The position numbers and the translations under genes were made by a program. Of a stretch of DNA of 64,000 nucleotides, positions 37,496-48,006 are shown in pieces. The first letter of the stretch is position 1; each line of letters opens with the position of its first letter. A model generated the notes under the pieces. It was not told where the DNA came from. It ran no database searches and worked only from the letters and a program-made list of their open reading frames with translations. Source of the DNA: Pseudomonadota bacterium (lineage in GTDB: Bacteria > Bdellovibrionota_B > Oligoflexia > Oligoflexales > RGVZ01); assembly GCA_041178085.1 (NCBI GenBank), contig JBEGVZ010000018.1, forward strand, positions 1-64,000, written 5' to 3'.

Positions 37496-38203
37496 TCACT
37501 CCCTGCCAAAAATCTGGGTTGCGTAATAGGCTCCGCGGGAAGTCTTCACGACCCCGACGCCCAGCATGGGATAGTTTCCAAGCATGTTCCGGCGATGGCC
37601 TGCACTGTTCCACCACATGACAGCGAATTCCTGGGCGACTTGATCGACAGAACGCCTTCCGTAACTGAACATGGCGACATTCTCTGCCGACAGGGAAAAT
37701 GATTGCGCGGCGCCAAATTCACTGGCGAGGGCGGACCGCCTTGCCGAGGGGAATCCGGCATGGCCGATGCCACCCCTGCTGGCCATTGACTGCGACCAGT
37801 CACGGGCGGCGAACGATATCTTTGGCGCCAGGGTCAAGGCTGGAAGTCCGGACCTGGCACGGTACTGGTTGGTCAGCTCAAGGATCTTCTTTTCGATCGC
37901 ACAAATTTCTGTATCAGCCTTGTAGCAATCACCTTGTTGAGGGACCGCTGGGGAGTTGTTTGTGCCGCGCGGGATGGCAATGGAATCACGTGAGTCAGGT
38001 AGCTGTTGTCGATTAGGCGTATTTTGGGGCCTGTAATCCGGCGTGTTGTAGGTGCCTTGACCCTGGCTGGTGACGTACCCCGGGTCCGGCGCACCGCGGA
38101 CAATTTCGGGTTCACCGGCAAGGCAACCGCCCAGTAAAAGCACAGAGGATACGGCGAAAATGACCATTATTTTTTGACAAGACGAAATCCGTGACCGCTG
38201 CAT
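37496..38203 (-). CDS. CAP/SCP domain lipoprotein
   Basis: LGGC lipobox; TNQYRARSGLPAL, AENVA, WWNSAGHRRNML, GVGV, YATQIF. Confidence 0.88.
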   Translation of the reverse strand: MQRSRISSCQKIMVIFAVSSVLLLGGCLAGEPEIVRGAPDPGYVTSQGQGTYNTPDYRPQNTPNRQQLPDSRDSIAIPRGTNNSPAVPQQGDCYKADTEICAIEKKILELTNQYRARSGLPALTLAPKISFAARDWSQSMASRGGIGHAGFPSARRSALASEFGAAQSFSLSAENVAMFSYGRRSVDQVAQEFAVMWWNSAGHRRNMLGNYPMLGVGVVKTSRGAYYATQIFGRE

Positions 38204-38393
38204 GCAACACCACTCCGGCGACAACTTGAATCCAGTTCAGAAGACGTGCTCAACGCCAAAGGACCGGACTGCAAAAAGTGCGACAAGTCATAGCTTCAAA
38301 AAAACTTCGTGTTTACAGTGGGTTGCCCGCGCGGCGGGAGCTAAAAAGATAATCTGTTCAACAGTTTGCGGAAATTTCGTCGAAAATTTAGAC

Positions 38394-38425
38394 AAAAAAA
38401 CGCGGCCATCTTGCGATGCGCCGCG
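38394..38425 (-). terminator. Rho-independent terminator of fba
   Basis: Stem CGCGGC-CATC / GATG-c-GCCGCG with a 4-nt loop, followed on the minus strand by T7, 25 nt after the stop. Confidence 0.75.
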
Positions 38426-38449
38426 GGATTTTCTGACACCATCTGCGGA

Positions 38450-39490
38450 TCAGGTGAAGTATTTCTTCGCCATTTCCTCGAGGGTAACCTGACGGATCTT
38501 GCGGGCATTGCCGGCCTGTCCAAATGCAATCATGCGGTCTTCACAGACTTTCTGCATGGCGGTGCGGGCTGGCTTCAGGTACGCGCGCGGATCGAATTCG
38601 TGGGGAGCTTCGACAAAAACCTTGCGGATTGCCGCAGTGATGGCCAGGCGATTGTCGGTGTCGACGTTGATCTTACGGACACCATGGCGGATGCCTTCCT
38701 GGATTTCGGCCACCGGGACACCCCATGTTTGCTTGATCTGGCCACCGTACTTGTTGACCATGTCCTGGAGTTCCTGGGGAACCGATGAAGATCCATGCAT
38801 CACAAGGTGGGTGTTGGGCAGGCGCTTGTGGATCTCAGCGACGCGGTTCATCGCCAGGATCTTTCCGTCCGGTTTCCGGGTGAATTTGTACGCGCCATGG
38901 CTGGTACCGATGGCGATGGCGAGGGCGTCCACTTTAGTGCGACGAACGAAGTCCTCGGCCTGAGCGGGATCTGTAAGAAGCATCTCCTTGGAAAGCGTGC
39001 CTTCGAAGCCGTGTCCGTCTTCCTTGTCCCCCTGCCCGGTCTCAAGCGAGCCGAGGCAACCCAGTTCACCCTCCACAGAAACGCCGAATGCGTGTGCGAC
39101 ATCGCAGACCTTGCGGGTCACATCGACGTTATAATCATAGTCCGCCGGCGTCTTTGCATCTTCCTTGAGCGAACCATCCATCATCACCGATGTGAACCCT
39201 TGTTTGATCGCTGAATAGCAAGTCATGGGGCTGTTGCCGTGATCTTGGTGCATCACCATCGGGATCTCAGGGTAGAGTTCTGCGGCCGCCAGAATGAGAT
39301 GCCTCAGAAAGGCGTCTTGAGAGTAGGAGCGAGCGCCACGAGAAGCCTGAATGATGACGGGACTGTCCGTCACACGAGCTGCCTCCATGATGGACTGGAT
39401 CTGCTCCATGTTGTTTACGTTGAATGCGGCCACGCCGTAGTTGTGCTCAGCTGCGTGGTCAAGAAGAGTGCGAAGAGGGATCAGTGCCAT
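38450..39490 (-). CDS. fba: Fructose-bisphosphate aldolase class II
   Basis: [44 protein letters not shown]. Confidence 0.95.
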   Translation of the reverse strand: MALIPLRTLLDHAAEHNYGVAAFNVNNMEQIQSIMEAARVTDSPVIIQASRGARSYSQDAFLRHLILAAAELYPEIPMVMHQDHGNSPMTCYSAIKQGFTSVMMDGSLKEDAKTPADYDYNVDVTRKVCDVAHAFGVSVEGELGCLGSLETGQGDKEDGHGFEGTLSKEMLLTDPAQAEDFVRRTKVDALAIAIGTSHGAYKFTRKPDGKILAMNRVAEIHKRLPNTHLVMHGSSSVPQELQDMVNKYGGQIKQTWGVPVAEIQEGIRHGVRKINVDTDNRLAITAAIRKVFVEAPHEFDPRAYLKPARTAMQKVCEDRMIAFGQAGNARKIRQVTLEEMAKKYFT

Positions 39491-39548
39491 GTGATTGAAC
39501 TCCAGGGACGGGGGTCTGTTTTAACCGCACACGGTCCCTGAAGTTATG

Positions 39549-40262
39549 TCAGTTGTTGCAGGACTGCAAGGCTGTCCCACCTGTGTATTCCAGGTTGTAA
39601 AGGCTTTTTGACTGGTCGATCTGCCACTCATCCGTGTTGCCAGTGCATCCGGGGAAAACCCGACGTGTCGTGGACCCGCCCGCATCCATTTCCGATGCCG
39701 TTGCCGTAAAACGATTTTGGTCCCCTTTGGAGGAATAAACGTAACGAACTTTCTTGCAGTCAGTCACACGGAAGCCGATGTCATTGGTTGTGTTGCAGGA
39801 ATTTACGTCAGCCCATGCACCGGCCCCGATGCCTCCACAATTTTTGGCGGTTCCGCCGGCAGAGGGTGTCGTCGTGCCAAGAGTCAGGCACTCGAAATCG
39901 GAAAAGGAATCGTTATCGCCGCCGTAGGATACTTGAAGGGTGTATATGTGAGCTAGATTGGACCTCGCTTCTGCTTGCCGGGATTTTGACTGAAACTGCT
40001 GAAAACGCGGGATGGCAAGAGCTGCCAGGATGCCAATGATCGCTACGACAATCATGAGCTCGACCAGGCTGAAGGCTCTCGTGAATTGCAGCCGTAATTT
40101 CTTACGGTCCGCAAGACGATCGCCACGAGAGGGCGGTTCGTTGTACCTTTCGCAAGTTACCTTCAGGTTATCGATGCGCCTCAGGTTCGAGCAGGTCTCA
40201 GCCTGACCGCCCACGTCAAGTCGTTGCAGCAGGGACTTGAATGGATTCAAAAAGGTTTTCAT
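39549..40262 (-). CDS. pilA: Type IV major pilin-like protein with long leader
   Basis: RA|FSLVELMIVVAIIGILAALAIPRFQQFQSKSRQAEA N-methylation helix; several Cys; GGAG SD before ATG 40262. Confidence 0.88.
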   Translation of the reverse strand: MKTFLNPFKSLLQRLDVGGQAETCSNLRRIDNLKVTCERYNEPPSRGDRLADRKKLRLQFTRAFSLVELMIVVAIIGILAALAIPRFQQFQSKSRQAEARSNLAHIYTLQVSYGGDNDSFSDFECLTLGTTTPSAGGTAKNCGGIGAGAWADVNSCNTTNDIGFRVTDCKKVRYVYSSKGDQNRFTATASEMDAGGSTTRRVFPGCTGNTDEWQIDQSKSLYNLEYTGGTALQSCNN

Positions 40263-40399
40263 GGCTATTCTCCGCTTCACTAACAGTAGCGGGACACTTT
40301 TTATTAATATTAGGACTATTTAAAGAAAAAGCCTATAGACCCAAAAATATTCATTTTTTCGCGACAAAATAGCCTGTCGGGGCGCTAAACTGGGCCCCC

Positions 40400-40416
40400 T
40401 GCATCCCCAAAGCCAG
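40400..40416 (-). promoter_or_regulatory. Candidate sigma-54 promoter for the pilin gene
   Basis: Minus strand cTGGCTTTGGGGATGCA gives GG-N10-GC, about 140 nt upstream of the start; imperfect match to TGGCAC-N5-TTGC. Confidence 0.3.
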
Positions 40417-40460
40417 ATGGCGAAACGGTAGAAAGCCACACTTGGCTTCCGAAGGGCCAA

Positions 40461-42455
40461 TCACCCGGAAAAAATCGGAAACCTGCAGTAAGTTCTCGAA
40501 TCTACACTGAAATCATCCAAATGAAACCCGGCTGCAAGACGCTCTCTCTTCCACTGGGAGGCACCCCAAAGCTGCTCAAAACGGTCTACCCATCCGCCAA
40601 CCATGGCGGCATCGATCTTCAGGCCGGCGGGCATCGAGCCAGTCAAGGCTGGAGCAGCCCGCAGAACTGCGTCAACCGTCGCCGGGACGGAAAGCCGGTC
40701 CCGAAGCCGGCAGCCCTCGATCAACGCGAGCACCGCGTAAGGCATCAGATCTGCTTCGTCCGTCTGGTGCGCTGCTGAAGGACGCAACTCAGCAGTGGGC
40801 GGGCGCATTAAGACGGCTTTAAGGGACTGCCAGGGCGGCCCTCCAGGAGTCGTGTGGAGCGAGGCCCACTTCGCCCAGCCAAGAAGGAAGGCCTTATCAA
40901 TACCCGCCAGAGGTGCAAGCCCACCCGCGGAATCACCATCCATGGTTGTGTAGCCGGTTGCTGCCTCGGAACGGTTAGCCGTGGTCAAGAGCAGGCGCCC
41001 TTCGATGTTTGCCAGCAACCAGACCATCGGAGCGCGCGCCCGCGACTGAATGTTTTGCAGCGCAAGGTCATCTGTTGACCAGTCCAGCTTGCGTCCGGAG
41101 ATGCGGACGGCCTCGCCAAGGTAAAAATCAACGGCTGGCTGGACATCCACTTCAACAAAGCGGGCGCCGGTCTCGCGCGCCACAATACGCGCAGCCTCAT
41201 GGGTTTCCGTCGATGACTGGGCTGTCGCTTGCCATACGCAAAGAAGCAATTGCTCGATCGAATCATCGTCCAAACCAGCGCGCTTGCAAAAAGCCTCACG
41301 GCCCAACGCTGCAATTGCCATGCGGCGCATCTCGGCAACCAACACTGCACAAACCGCGGAGTCGCACCCACCTGATAGGGACAACGCGAAACCCTTGGCT
41401 CTTGATTTCCGCAGATAGTCGAACAAACCCAATACTTCGGCCAGAAGAAACTCTTCTTCCCTGGACCAATCCTGCCGAGGACTCAACGACGGCAAAGTCG
41501 AAGCATTGATGGATGGAACCAAAGGGAAATCATGGATCTTGACGACGTGTAGCGCCGGTGGCTGGGAAAACCCATCAATACCAGGTGCCTGACCGGAGAA
41601 AGCCCCTTTGCGAACCTTGCTGCTCCGGACGATGTCCACGTTGGCGTCGATGGCGACAAGATCGTGATCCGTGAAAGTGAAGCGACGACCGCGAGCAATC
41701 ATCTTGCCATCGCAAGCAATCAAGGCACCGCCGTCGTATATTACCCGGCCAGCTTCCAAGCCCACCAGGTTCGAATAAACATAGTACACGCCAAACGAGC
41801 GGCTATTATTGGCAACCAGATGCTCACGGGTCTCGTATTTACCGAGCGAGAAGTGGGACGCGCTCGGGTTGAGGACAAGGTCAGCAAACCCAGCTGCGGA
41901 AGCGGCCGCCGGGATAGCACCCCATGCCTCCTCACAAATTTCAAGCGCAATACGGATCCCCTGACAATCGTAAACCAGGTCACCCACCGGAATTTTGCGA
42001 CCTGCCACCTCGAGTTCAACCTTCTTGCCATCAGTCCAAGGAGCAAACCAGCGTGGCTCGTAGTGAACACCGTCACGCGGCAGGCGACGCTTGGCATTGA
42101 TGCCTGAAATCTGACCACCGGCAAGTACAGCGACTGCGTTGTAAAGCGCTCCCTGATAAATCAAAGGCAAGCCAACCGTGCAAATCATGCCTGCGGATGC
42201 AGGGGCAATTTCGGAAACCAGGATGTCCAGCGCCTTTTCACACAAGTCTGGTCTGAAAAACGCATCCTCGCACCCGTAGCCGGTCAAGCAGAGTTCAGGC
42301 AGCACGAGCACCTGAACCCCCGCATCGCGGGCGCTCGCGATGGCGGCAAGAATCCGCGCCACATTACCCTTCAAATCCAAGGGGGTCTGGTTGAGCGACG
42401 CCGCGCCAATCCGGATCGTAGTCAATTTGCCTGCGTTTACTGCCTGGGTGGTCAA
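40461..42455 (-). CDS. nadE: Glutamine-dependent NAD+ synthetase
   Basis: Nitrilase domain (PELCLTGY, YEPRWF, EICEE) plus LSGGCDS, QNIQSR, NRSE, PTAEL, QTDE, QWKR. Confidence 0.93.
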   Translation of the reverse strand: MTTQAVNAGKLTTIRIGAASLNQTPLDLKGNVARILAAIASARDAGVQVLVLPELCLTGYGCEDAFFRPDLCEKALDILVSEIAPASAGMICTVGLPLIYQGALYNAVAVLAGGQISGINAKRRLPRDGVHYEPRWFAPWTDGKKVELEVAGRKIPVGDLVYDCQGIRIALEICEEAWGAIPAAASAAGFADLVLNPSASHFSLGKYETREHLVANNSRSFGVYYVYSNLVGLEAGRVIYDGGALIACDGKMIARGRRFTFTDHDLVAIDANVDIVRSSKVRKGAFSGQAPGIDGFSQPPALHVVKIHDFPLVPSINASTLPSLSPRQDWSREEEFLLAEVLGLFDYLRKSRAKGFALSLSGGCDSAVCAVLVAEMRRMAIAALGREAFCKRAGLDDDSIEQLLLCVWQATAQSSTETHEAARIVARETGARFVEVDVQPAVDFYLGEAVRISGRKLDWSTDDLALQNIQSRARAPMVWLLANIEGRLLLTTANRSEAATGYTTMDGDSAGGLAPLAGIDKAFLLGWAKWASLHTTPGGPPWQSLKAVLMRPPTAELRPSAAHQTDEADLMPYAVLALIEGCRLRDRLSVPATVDAVLRAAPALTGSMPAGLKIDAAMVGGWVDRFEQLWGASQWKRERLAAGFHLDDFSVDSRTYCRFPIFSG

Positions 42456-42494
42456 AAGATTCTCCGGACGTTGGTTCGTAAGGGTCCTGTGTCT

Positions 42495-44216
42495 TCAGCT
42501 GCTTCGCCAACTGCCAACTTGCAGATGCTCGCCCCGCTGGCGTGCCGCGGCTTCAGCTTGCCAAAGCAAAGCCTGCCTCAGGTGTTCGTACCCGACCACT
42601 TCTGCCATGTCCATATCCGCAAGAGTCCTGGCGACGCGTAATGCCCGGTCCAGGCCCCGGGAGCTGATGGACCGCACGACATCTGGCAGGTGGGGAATCT
42701 GCCGGTCAGAGGCAGCTGAATCGAGCAGACAAGCCAGACCCCGCCCCTCTCCGCCCGAACCCCAGCCGCAGGCGACCTGGATTCGTCCCGGATCCAAACG
42801 GGCATTCAAGGTATCCGCCTCGATTCCAAGGTTTGCCCAGCGCGCCCCCGCGAAACTCCGGGCGGCCGCCACCCGGCCAGCAAGGACCGCAGATGAAACC
42901 TGAACCCGCTCGGCACCCACTGCGGCATCACCCTGCCGCGCAGTACGGCTGCGAATATCGCCCGCCTCAGGCAGATTGACATGGATATCAATCCGATCCA
43001 GCAGCGGGCCGGACAGACGGGCACGGTAGGCGAGCGCCTTGCCTGTCGGGCAGCGACACATGCGGAAACGGCTGCCCGTCCAACCACAGGGGCAATTATT
43101 GCAGGCCGCCACGAGCACCGCATTTGCGGGCCAGACAACCCTTCCCCCGACACGCGCAACATGAACTTCTCCGCTTTCCAGCGGCTCGCGCAATGCCTCC
43201 AGCAGGTCCCTCCGGAACTCGGGCAATTCGTCAAGAAACAGTATGCCACCATGGGCCAAGGATATCTCTCCGGGTTGGCGGTTGGAACCCATGACGGCAG
43301 CCATGCTGGCTCCGTGATGGGGGGAGCGAAACGGCACAGCCCCGGCGCGCAAGCCATCCAGATGACTGCCAGCAAGACTATGCAATTGCATGCATCGTAG
43401 ACGTGGACGGCCATCCAAAACCGGCATGATGCCGGGCAGGCGCTGGGCGAACATTGTCTTGCCCGAGCCCGGCGTGCCGCGCATCAAAAGGTTGTGCCCG
43501 CCGGCTGCGACTGCGACCGCAACCTTGACCATCTCGGGAGGGAGCATCATCGCAGAAAAATCAGGAAGATTAGACGCTTTGAGCGCTTGTGAAGCAGTTG
43601 CAGCGGAGAGCGGTTGCAGCGTTCCATCGTCACCACGAAGCCAGGACAAGACGGCCTCCAGGTCGCGCCCACCAAGAACTTCGAGCGGCGACAGGTCAAC
43701 CCCCGCAAGCTCAGGCAGGCTATCGCTGCTGACCACAAAAACCTTGGCTCCGCCCCATGCCGCGGCCAGAGCAAAAGCAACGATTCCCTGCACCGGGCGC
43801 AATTCTCCACCAAGTCCCACTTCAGCGGCAAAAACGACCGGCCCGGAGCGGCCACGGGGTCCCGTGGAAGACGCGCTGGACCGGGTCGGGTCGACCCCCG
43901 TGCTTGCCAGCGCCAGCCCCACAGCCATCGGCAGGTCCATCTGCGCTCCGTCGATCTTCACGTCAGCCGGTGAAAAACCCATGACCAGCCTTTGCGGCGC
44001 GAGCTTGACGCCGATTCTCTCAAGCGCTGCCCGGGCCCTCTCCTTGCCGCTACGGCAAGTTTCGCCCAGATTGCCGAGCACTTGCAGCCCCGCAAAACCG
44101 CTCATGTAAGCTGTCTGTATGTCGACCAGATTTACGGTGCCGCCGTCGCTGACGACCCCCTTGATGTTCCTGGTCAGGTTTTCATGCATGATTGCCGCCT
44201 GGTTCGTGTCGCTCAT
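42495..44216 (-). CDS. comM: YifB/ComM Mg-chelatase-like AAA+ ATPase
   Basis: KERARAAL, DLPMA, GTPGSGKT, FRSPHH, GEISLAHGGILFLDELPEF, CPCG, SGPLLDRID, RVARTLAD. Confidence 0.9.
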   Translation of the reverse strand: MSDTNQAAIMHENLTRNIKGVVSDGGTVNLVDIQTAYMSGFAGLQVLGNLGETCRSGKERARAALERIGVKLAPQRLVMGFSPADVKIDGAQMDLPMAVGLALASTGVDPTRSSASSTGPRGRSGPVVFAAEVGLGGELRPVQGIVAFALAAAWGGAKVFVVSSDSLPELAGVDLSPLEVLGGRDLEAVLSWLRGDDGTLQPLSAATASQALKASNLPDFSAMMLPPEMVKVAVAVAAGGHNLLMRGTPGSGKTMFAQRLPGIMPVLDGRPRLRCMQLHSLAGSHLDGLRAGAVPFRSPHHGASMAAVMGSNRQPGEISLAHGGILFLDELPEFRRDLLEALREPLESGEVHVARVGGRVVWPANAVLVAACNNCPCGWTGSRFRMCRCPTGKALAYRARLSGPLLDRIDIHVNLPEAGDIRSRTARQGDAAVGAERVQVSSAVLAGRVAAARSFAGARWANLGIEADTLNARLDPGRIQVACGWGSGGEGRGLACLLDSAASDRQIPHLPDVVRSISSRGLDRALRVARTLADMDMAEVVGYEHLRQALLWQAEAAARQRGEHLQVGSWRSS

Positions 44217-44396
44217 GACTCCCCTCCCGCGCCGTAAACTCAACGAAAATCATGAACTCCGGGAAGTTCCATCTGGTGGGATCGGCTGACTCATGACATT
44301 CTCTAACCCTTGACTTTGGTTGAGTGTGTCGACCCTTATGGCGACCCTCAAGTCGACGCAAAATGTTACGCCTGAAAGTCTCCGGAGCGCCGTCCC

Positions 44397-46271
44397 ATGA
44401 CCGATCGTGGAACCACCCCTTCGACCAGCACTGCCCATCTTGCTCCATCCTTCCGCCTTGACCGGGGCAGGCTTGGCATCGCGGAACAGGTCGCCGCCGC
44501 ACTGGCGAAGCTGTCCGGAACCGGGGAAGGGTTGCCCGCTCCTGGTGAGATCGCGCAATGGATGGAACGCCCACCCGAGGCCCACCTTGGCGACTACGCG
44601 CTGCCGTGCTTCCGTTTCGTCAAATCGTTGAAGAAAAAACCAGACGAAATCGCTTCCGCACTGGCAAGTGCCCTGGCGTCGCAAGGCGGAACCCCAGACA
44701 CCAGGGAAACCTGGGTTGAGTCCGCAACACCAGCCGGCCCCTTCCTGAACATCACCGTCAACCAGAACGCCCTGCTCTCCTGGTTGCTGCCCAGCGCGGC
44801 AACCGGCTCACTGTTCCGCGGCATGCGTGAAAGTCCAGAAGCTGCCGCCACCCGCGTGATGATTGAGTACTCCCAACCGAACACACACAAAGAATTCCAC
44901 GTCGGCCATGTCCGAAACGTCTGCCTCGGCAGTTCCCTGGTCAACCTGTTCCGCCACTGCGGATATCCAGTGGTTGCCGCAAATTACATTGGCGACGAAG
45001 GCACCCACATCGCAAAGTGCCTGTGGCATATCAAATCAACGGGCGCTACCCCGCCTGCGACCAAACGCGGCGAGTGGCTTGGCGACATGTACGCAGCCGC
45101 AACGCACGCGCTGGACGCTGCGGAAGGTCAGCTGAAAGCTGGTTACGAACAGGAAATTTCTGCGATCCTTCGCAGCATCGAATCAAAATCCGGCCCGGAT
45201 TACGAACTCTGGAAAGAGAGCCGTCAGTGGTCCCTTGATGATTTCGACTCAGTCTACGACTGGTTCCACGTCAAGTTTGACCGCGTCTTCTTCGAAAGCG
45301 AAGTATCCACAGAGAGCCAGGAAATCGTCGAGGAGTTCCTCGCGAAAGGCGCCTTTGTCGAATCCGACGGCGCCATCGGCGCTGACCTCAAGCCGTTCAA
45401 GCTGGGGTTCATGATTGTTCGCAAACGCGACGGAAACACCCTCTACGCCACCAAGGATCTGGCTCTCGCGCGGCGCAAATTCGACGAATTCAAAATTGAC
45501 CGGTCGGTGTACGTCGTCGCCAGCGAACAAAACCACCACTTCAAACAAGTGTTCAAAACGCTCGAATTGATGGGATTCCCTCAAGCGAAACGTTGCTTCC
45601 ATTTAAGCTACGGTATGGTCGTCCTGCCGGAAGGCAAGATGTCGTCGCGCGCCGGCAACACAGTGACGTTCAAAATGCTGCGAGAACAAATGACCGCAGC
45701 CCTCAACCAGATCCTGGACAAATACAGCGGTGAGTGGACCGCGGCTGAGATCGGCGAAACGGCGCGCAAGCTCTGCGAAGGGGCGATCAAGTACGGAATG
45801 CTGTGCTCGGATCCGGTCAAAGACGTGGTCTTCGACATGGATAACTGGCTCAGCTTTGAGGGCAATACGGGTCCCTACCTGATGTACAGCTATACGCGCA
45901 CGCGCTCGATCCTGCGCAAAGCTGCGGAATCGGGAACGTCCTTTGATGCAGGGCAACTTTCCCACAGTGACGCCTGGAAGTCCGCGCTGGCCAGCGCAGG
46001 CACCACGCAGTCGGAACGCGAGCTTGCGCGATGGATACAGGACTTCAATCACGCCACGCACTTCGCCTGCGAAAATTACCGGCCTAGCACACTCGCGAAC
46101 CACTTGTTTTACCTGTGCAAGGCGTTCAACCGTTTCTACACGGACGTGCCAGTGCTCAAGTCGACAGATCCTGCGCTGCGCGCCGGCAGACTTGCCATGG
46201 TGGCGGCATTTGGTGAAACATTGAAAGAGGGGCTGGCGCTGCTCGGCATCACGCCGCCCGACCGCATGTAG
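44397..46271 (+). CDS. argS: Arginine--tRNA ligase
   Basis: GDYA, GPFLN, IEYSQPNTHKEFHVGHVRN, KMSSRAG, GNTGPYLMY, DALR-type domain ending PDRM. Confidence 0.96.
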   Translation: MTDRGTTPSTSTAHLAPSFRLDRGRLGIAEQVAAALAKLSGTGEGLPAPGEIAQWMERPPEAHLGDYALPCFRFVKSLKKKPDEIASALASALASQGGTPDTRETWVESATPAGPFLNITVNQNALLSWLLPSAATGSLFRGMRESPEAAATRVMIEYSQPNTHKEFHVGHVRNVCLGSSLVNLFRHCGYPVVAANYIGDEGTHIAKCLWHIKSTGATPPATKRGEWLGDMYAAATHALDAAEGQLKAGYEQEISAILRSIESKSGPDYELWKESRQWSLDDFDSVYDWFHVKFDRVFFESEVSTESQEIVEEFLAKGAFVESDGAIGADLKPFKLGFMIVRKRDGNTLYATKDLALARRKFDEFKIDRSVYVVASEQNHHFKQVFKTLELMGFPQAKRCFHLSYGMVVLPEGKMSSRAGNTVTFKMLREQMTAALNQILDKYSGEWTAAEIGETARKLCEGAIKYGMLCSDPVKDVVFDMDNWLSFEGNTGPYLMYSYTRTRSILRKAAESGTSFDAGQLSHSDAWKSALASAGTTQSERELARWIQDFNHATHFACENYRPSTLANHLFYLCKAFNRFYTDVPVLKSTDPALRAGRLAMVAAFGETLKEGLALLGITPPDRM

Positions 46272-46277
46272 GACCTG

Positions 46278-46304
46278 CAAAGAGTCCCGAAGATTTGCCG
46301 GAAA
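46278..46304 (+). promoter_or_regulatory. Weak candidate sigma-28 promoter
   Basis: CAAA-N15-GCCGGAAA directly upstream of 46317. Confidence 0.3.
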
Positions 46305-46316
46305 AGGGAAGTTCCG

Positions 46317-47327
46317 TTGATGATGCTTCGCAAGTCGCTCCAAACCACGCTGGCAGGCACTGTGCTGGTGATGGCCTCGCCGGGCACGGCCCAGCCACCG
46401 GAAAGCCAGTTCGGGTTTGGTGGCACCGCGGGACCTCGCACCAGGAATGAGGGCAATAACCTGCCGGCAACCGGACCGGCCATGCGCAATGTCGCCCGAC
46501 CGCGTTTTTCTCCCGGCGGGCCAGCTTTGCAAAAAGCTGATCCCAGTGATTTTTCGATCATGTTCAGCGGCGCAATTCCTGACCTTTGGTCGGCCACTTT
46601 GCATTGGCGGATCAGTGAGAGGTTTGCGCTCGAATTCCGGGGATCTCCCGAAACAAAATTGAACCTTCGCATCGAGATGCCAGCCGACTTGATCAGCACC
46701 AAGAAGAACGTTGGTGTCGCCAACCCACCCTACACAATCAACGGTAAGGCGGGCAGCGGCCCTGGGGGCGGCATTGGCGCCGTCTTCTACCCATACCTGT
46801 CCGGCCGGGACGGCGGTGGATGGTTTGTTGGTGCCGGTATCGAGCATCGCCGTCTCACCCTGACAGGCTCAACACGCTCCCCGGTGCTGATCTGTTCCCT
46901 GATCGAAGCACAAAAGGACCCGCCCTGCGGAAATCTTGACGCCGCGCTGGTGACCCGGACGGAACTGGAATTAAAAGCCGCCCTTGAAACCGCTGGCACG
47001 GCATGGCGTGCCTGGACGGGATGGCGCTGGAACTTCGGTGCGTCCGGCAGCGGCGGATTTGCTGGCCGAGGCGGAACCACGTTCCTGCGCCGAACCTTTG
47101 CCGAGATTGCACTTGGGGGCGAACAGGTCATCAAACCCCGGCGCAAGACGAGCGTCGAAATGCGCCTTGCGACCCCCGGCCTGGACGACCCGGACACCGA
47201 CAGCGCCCTGGGGCTGCTCAAGGACCAAAACACCGACAAAGCCGAGGAAAAACTGGCAAACGTGCTCAACCAGTACGACTCTAAGGTGACCCCCGTGGCC
47301 TGGCTGGGAGCTGGGTTCTGGCTGTAG
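46317..47327 (+). CDS. Hypothetical exported protein, probable outer-membrane beta-barrel
   Basis: Signal peptide (AQP cleavage); amphipathic strands (GWFVGAGIEH, WTGWRWNF); C-terminal WLGAGFWL. Confidence 0.65.
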   Translation: MMMLRKSLQTTLAGTVLVMASPGTAQPPESQFGFGGTAGPRTRNEGNNLPATGPAMRNVARPRFSPGGPALQKADPSDFSIMFSGAIPDLWSATLHWRISERFALEFRGSPETKLNLRIEMPADLISTKKNVGVANPPYTINGKAGSGPGGGIGAVFYPYLSGRDGGGWFVGAGIEHRRLTLTGSTRSPVLICSLIEAQKDPPCGNLDAALVTRTELELKAALETAGTAWRAWTGWRWNFGASGSGGFAGRGGTTFLRRTFAEIALGGEQVIKPRRKTSVEMRLATPGLDDPDTDSALGLLKDQNTDKAEEKLANVLNQYDSKVTPVAWLGAGFWL

Positions 47328-47487
47328 CTGGGAAATGTCCCGCTTGCCTGATCCGCCTGACGGAAATCATTGATAATTATAGATTTTATTAGAAAATTTA
47401 TAAAAAATAGCTAAACTGCGACAAGTCTGGTGGATGGTCAAAGTAAATTGACCTGCATCCAAACCACCGAATCGCAGGAGTAGCTTT

Positions 47488-48006
47488 GTGATGATGAGTC
47501 TTGGAGCTGACCAAACAGGGTTTCTCGCCAAAAACTGGAATCAGGCGACGCCGACAACCTTTCGCTCGTCCCCATGGATCGATCGGCTGAACGAGCTCCT
47601 GCGCGAAGAACTGGCAGCCACGGAAATCTACCGCACGCTCACTGGTCCCGGAAGCAACAGCCTTATGTCCTTCGCATCGGGCTTCACTGATGAACACTTT
47701 CAGGCGGCCCGACAACTGGCGATGCTGGTCATCGCCCAGCGAGGAGTTCCCGCAGACAGACCGGCCACGGTCATGGCTGGTTTCAACAAGGCGATGTTAC
47801 AGATTTGCGCTCTGATGCCTGGTGACATTAACCACCGATTCAGCTGCACCCGGCTAGCTGCCTTGGAAAAATACTTCTGCACGACTTATGCGGCAATGGC
47901 TGCGAACGCACCTGCGGCCGATGTTGTCATATTCGACCAGCTGGGGACCCGCGCAGCAGATCGCTCGCTTTTGCTGCGTCAACCCCTGTCGCGCTCCAAC
48001 TTGTGA
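47488..48006 (+). CDS. Ferritin-like four-helix protein (DUF2383/PA2169-like)
   Basis: AGGAG SD; IDRLNELLREELAATEIY...DEHFQAARQL...GVP pattern. Confidence 0.55.
   Translation: MMMSLGADQTGFLAKNWNQATPTTFRSSPWIDRLNELLREELAATEIYRTLTGPGSNSLMSFASGFTDEHFQAARQLAMLVIAQRGVPADRPATVMAGFNKAMLQICALMPGDINHRFSCTRLAALEKYFCTTYAAMAANAPAADVVIFDQLGTRAADRSLLLRQPLSRSNL

Noticed and set aside
38450..44216. fba and the Mg-chelatase-like ATPase as signs of carbon fixation or photosynthesis
   Set aside because: No RuBisCO, phosphoribulokinase or bch genes; the ATPase has ComM/YifB motifs.
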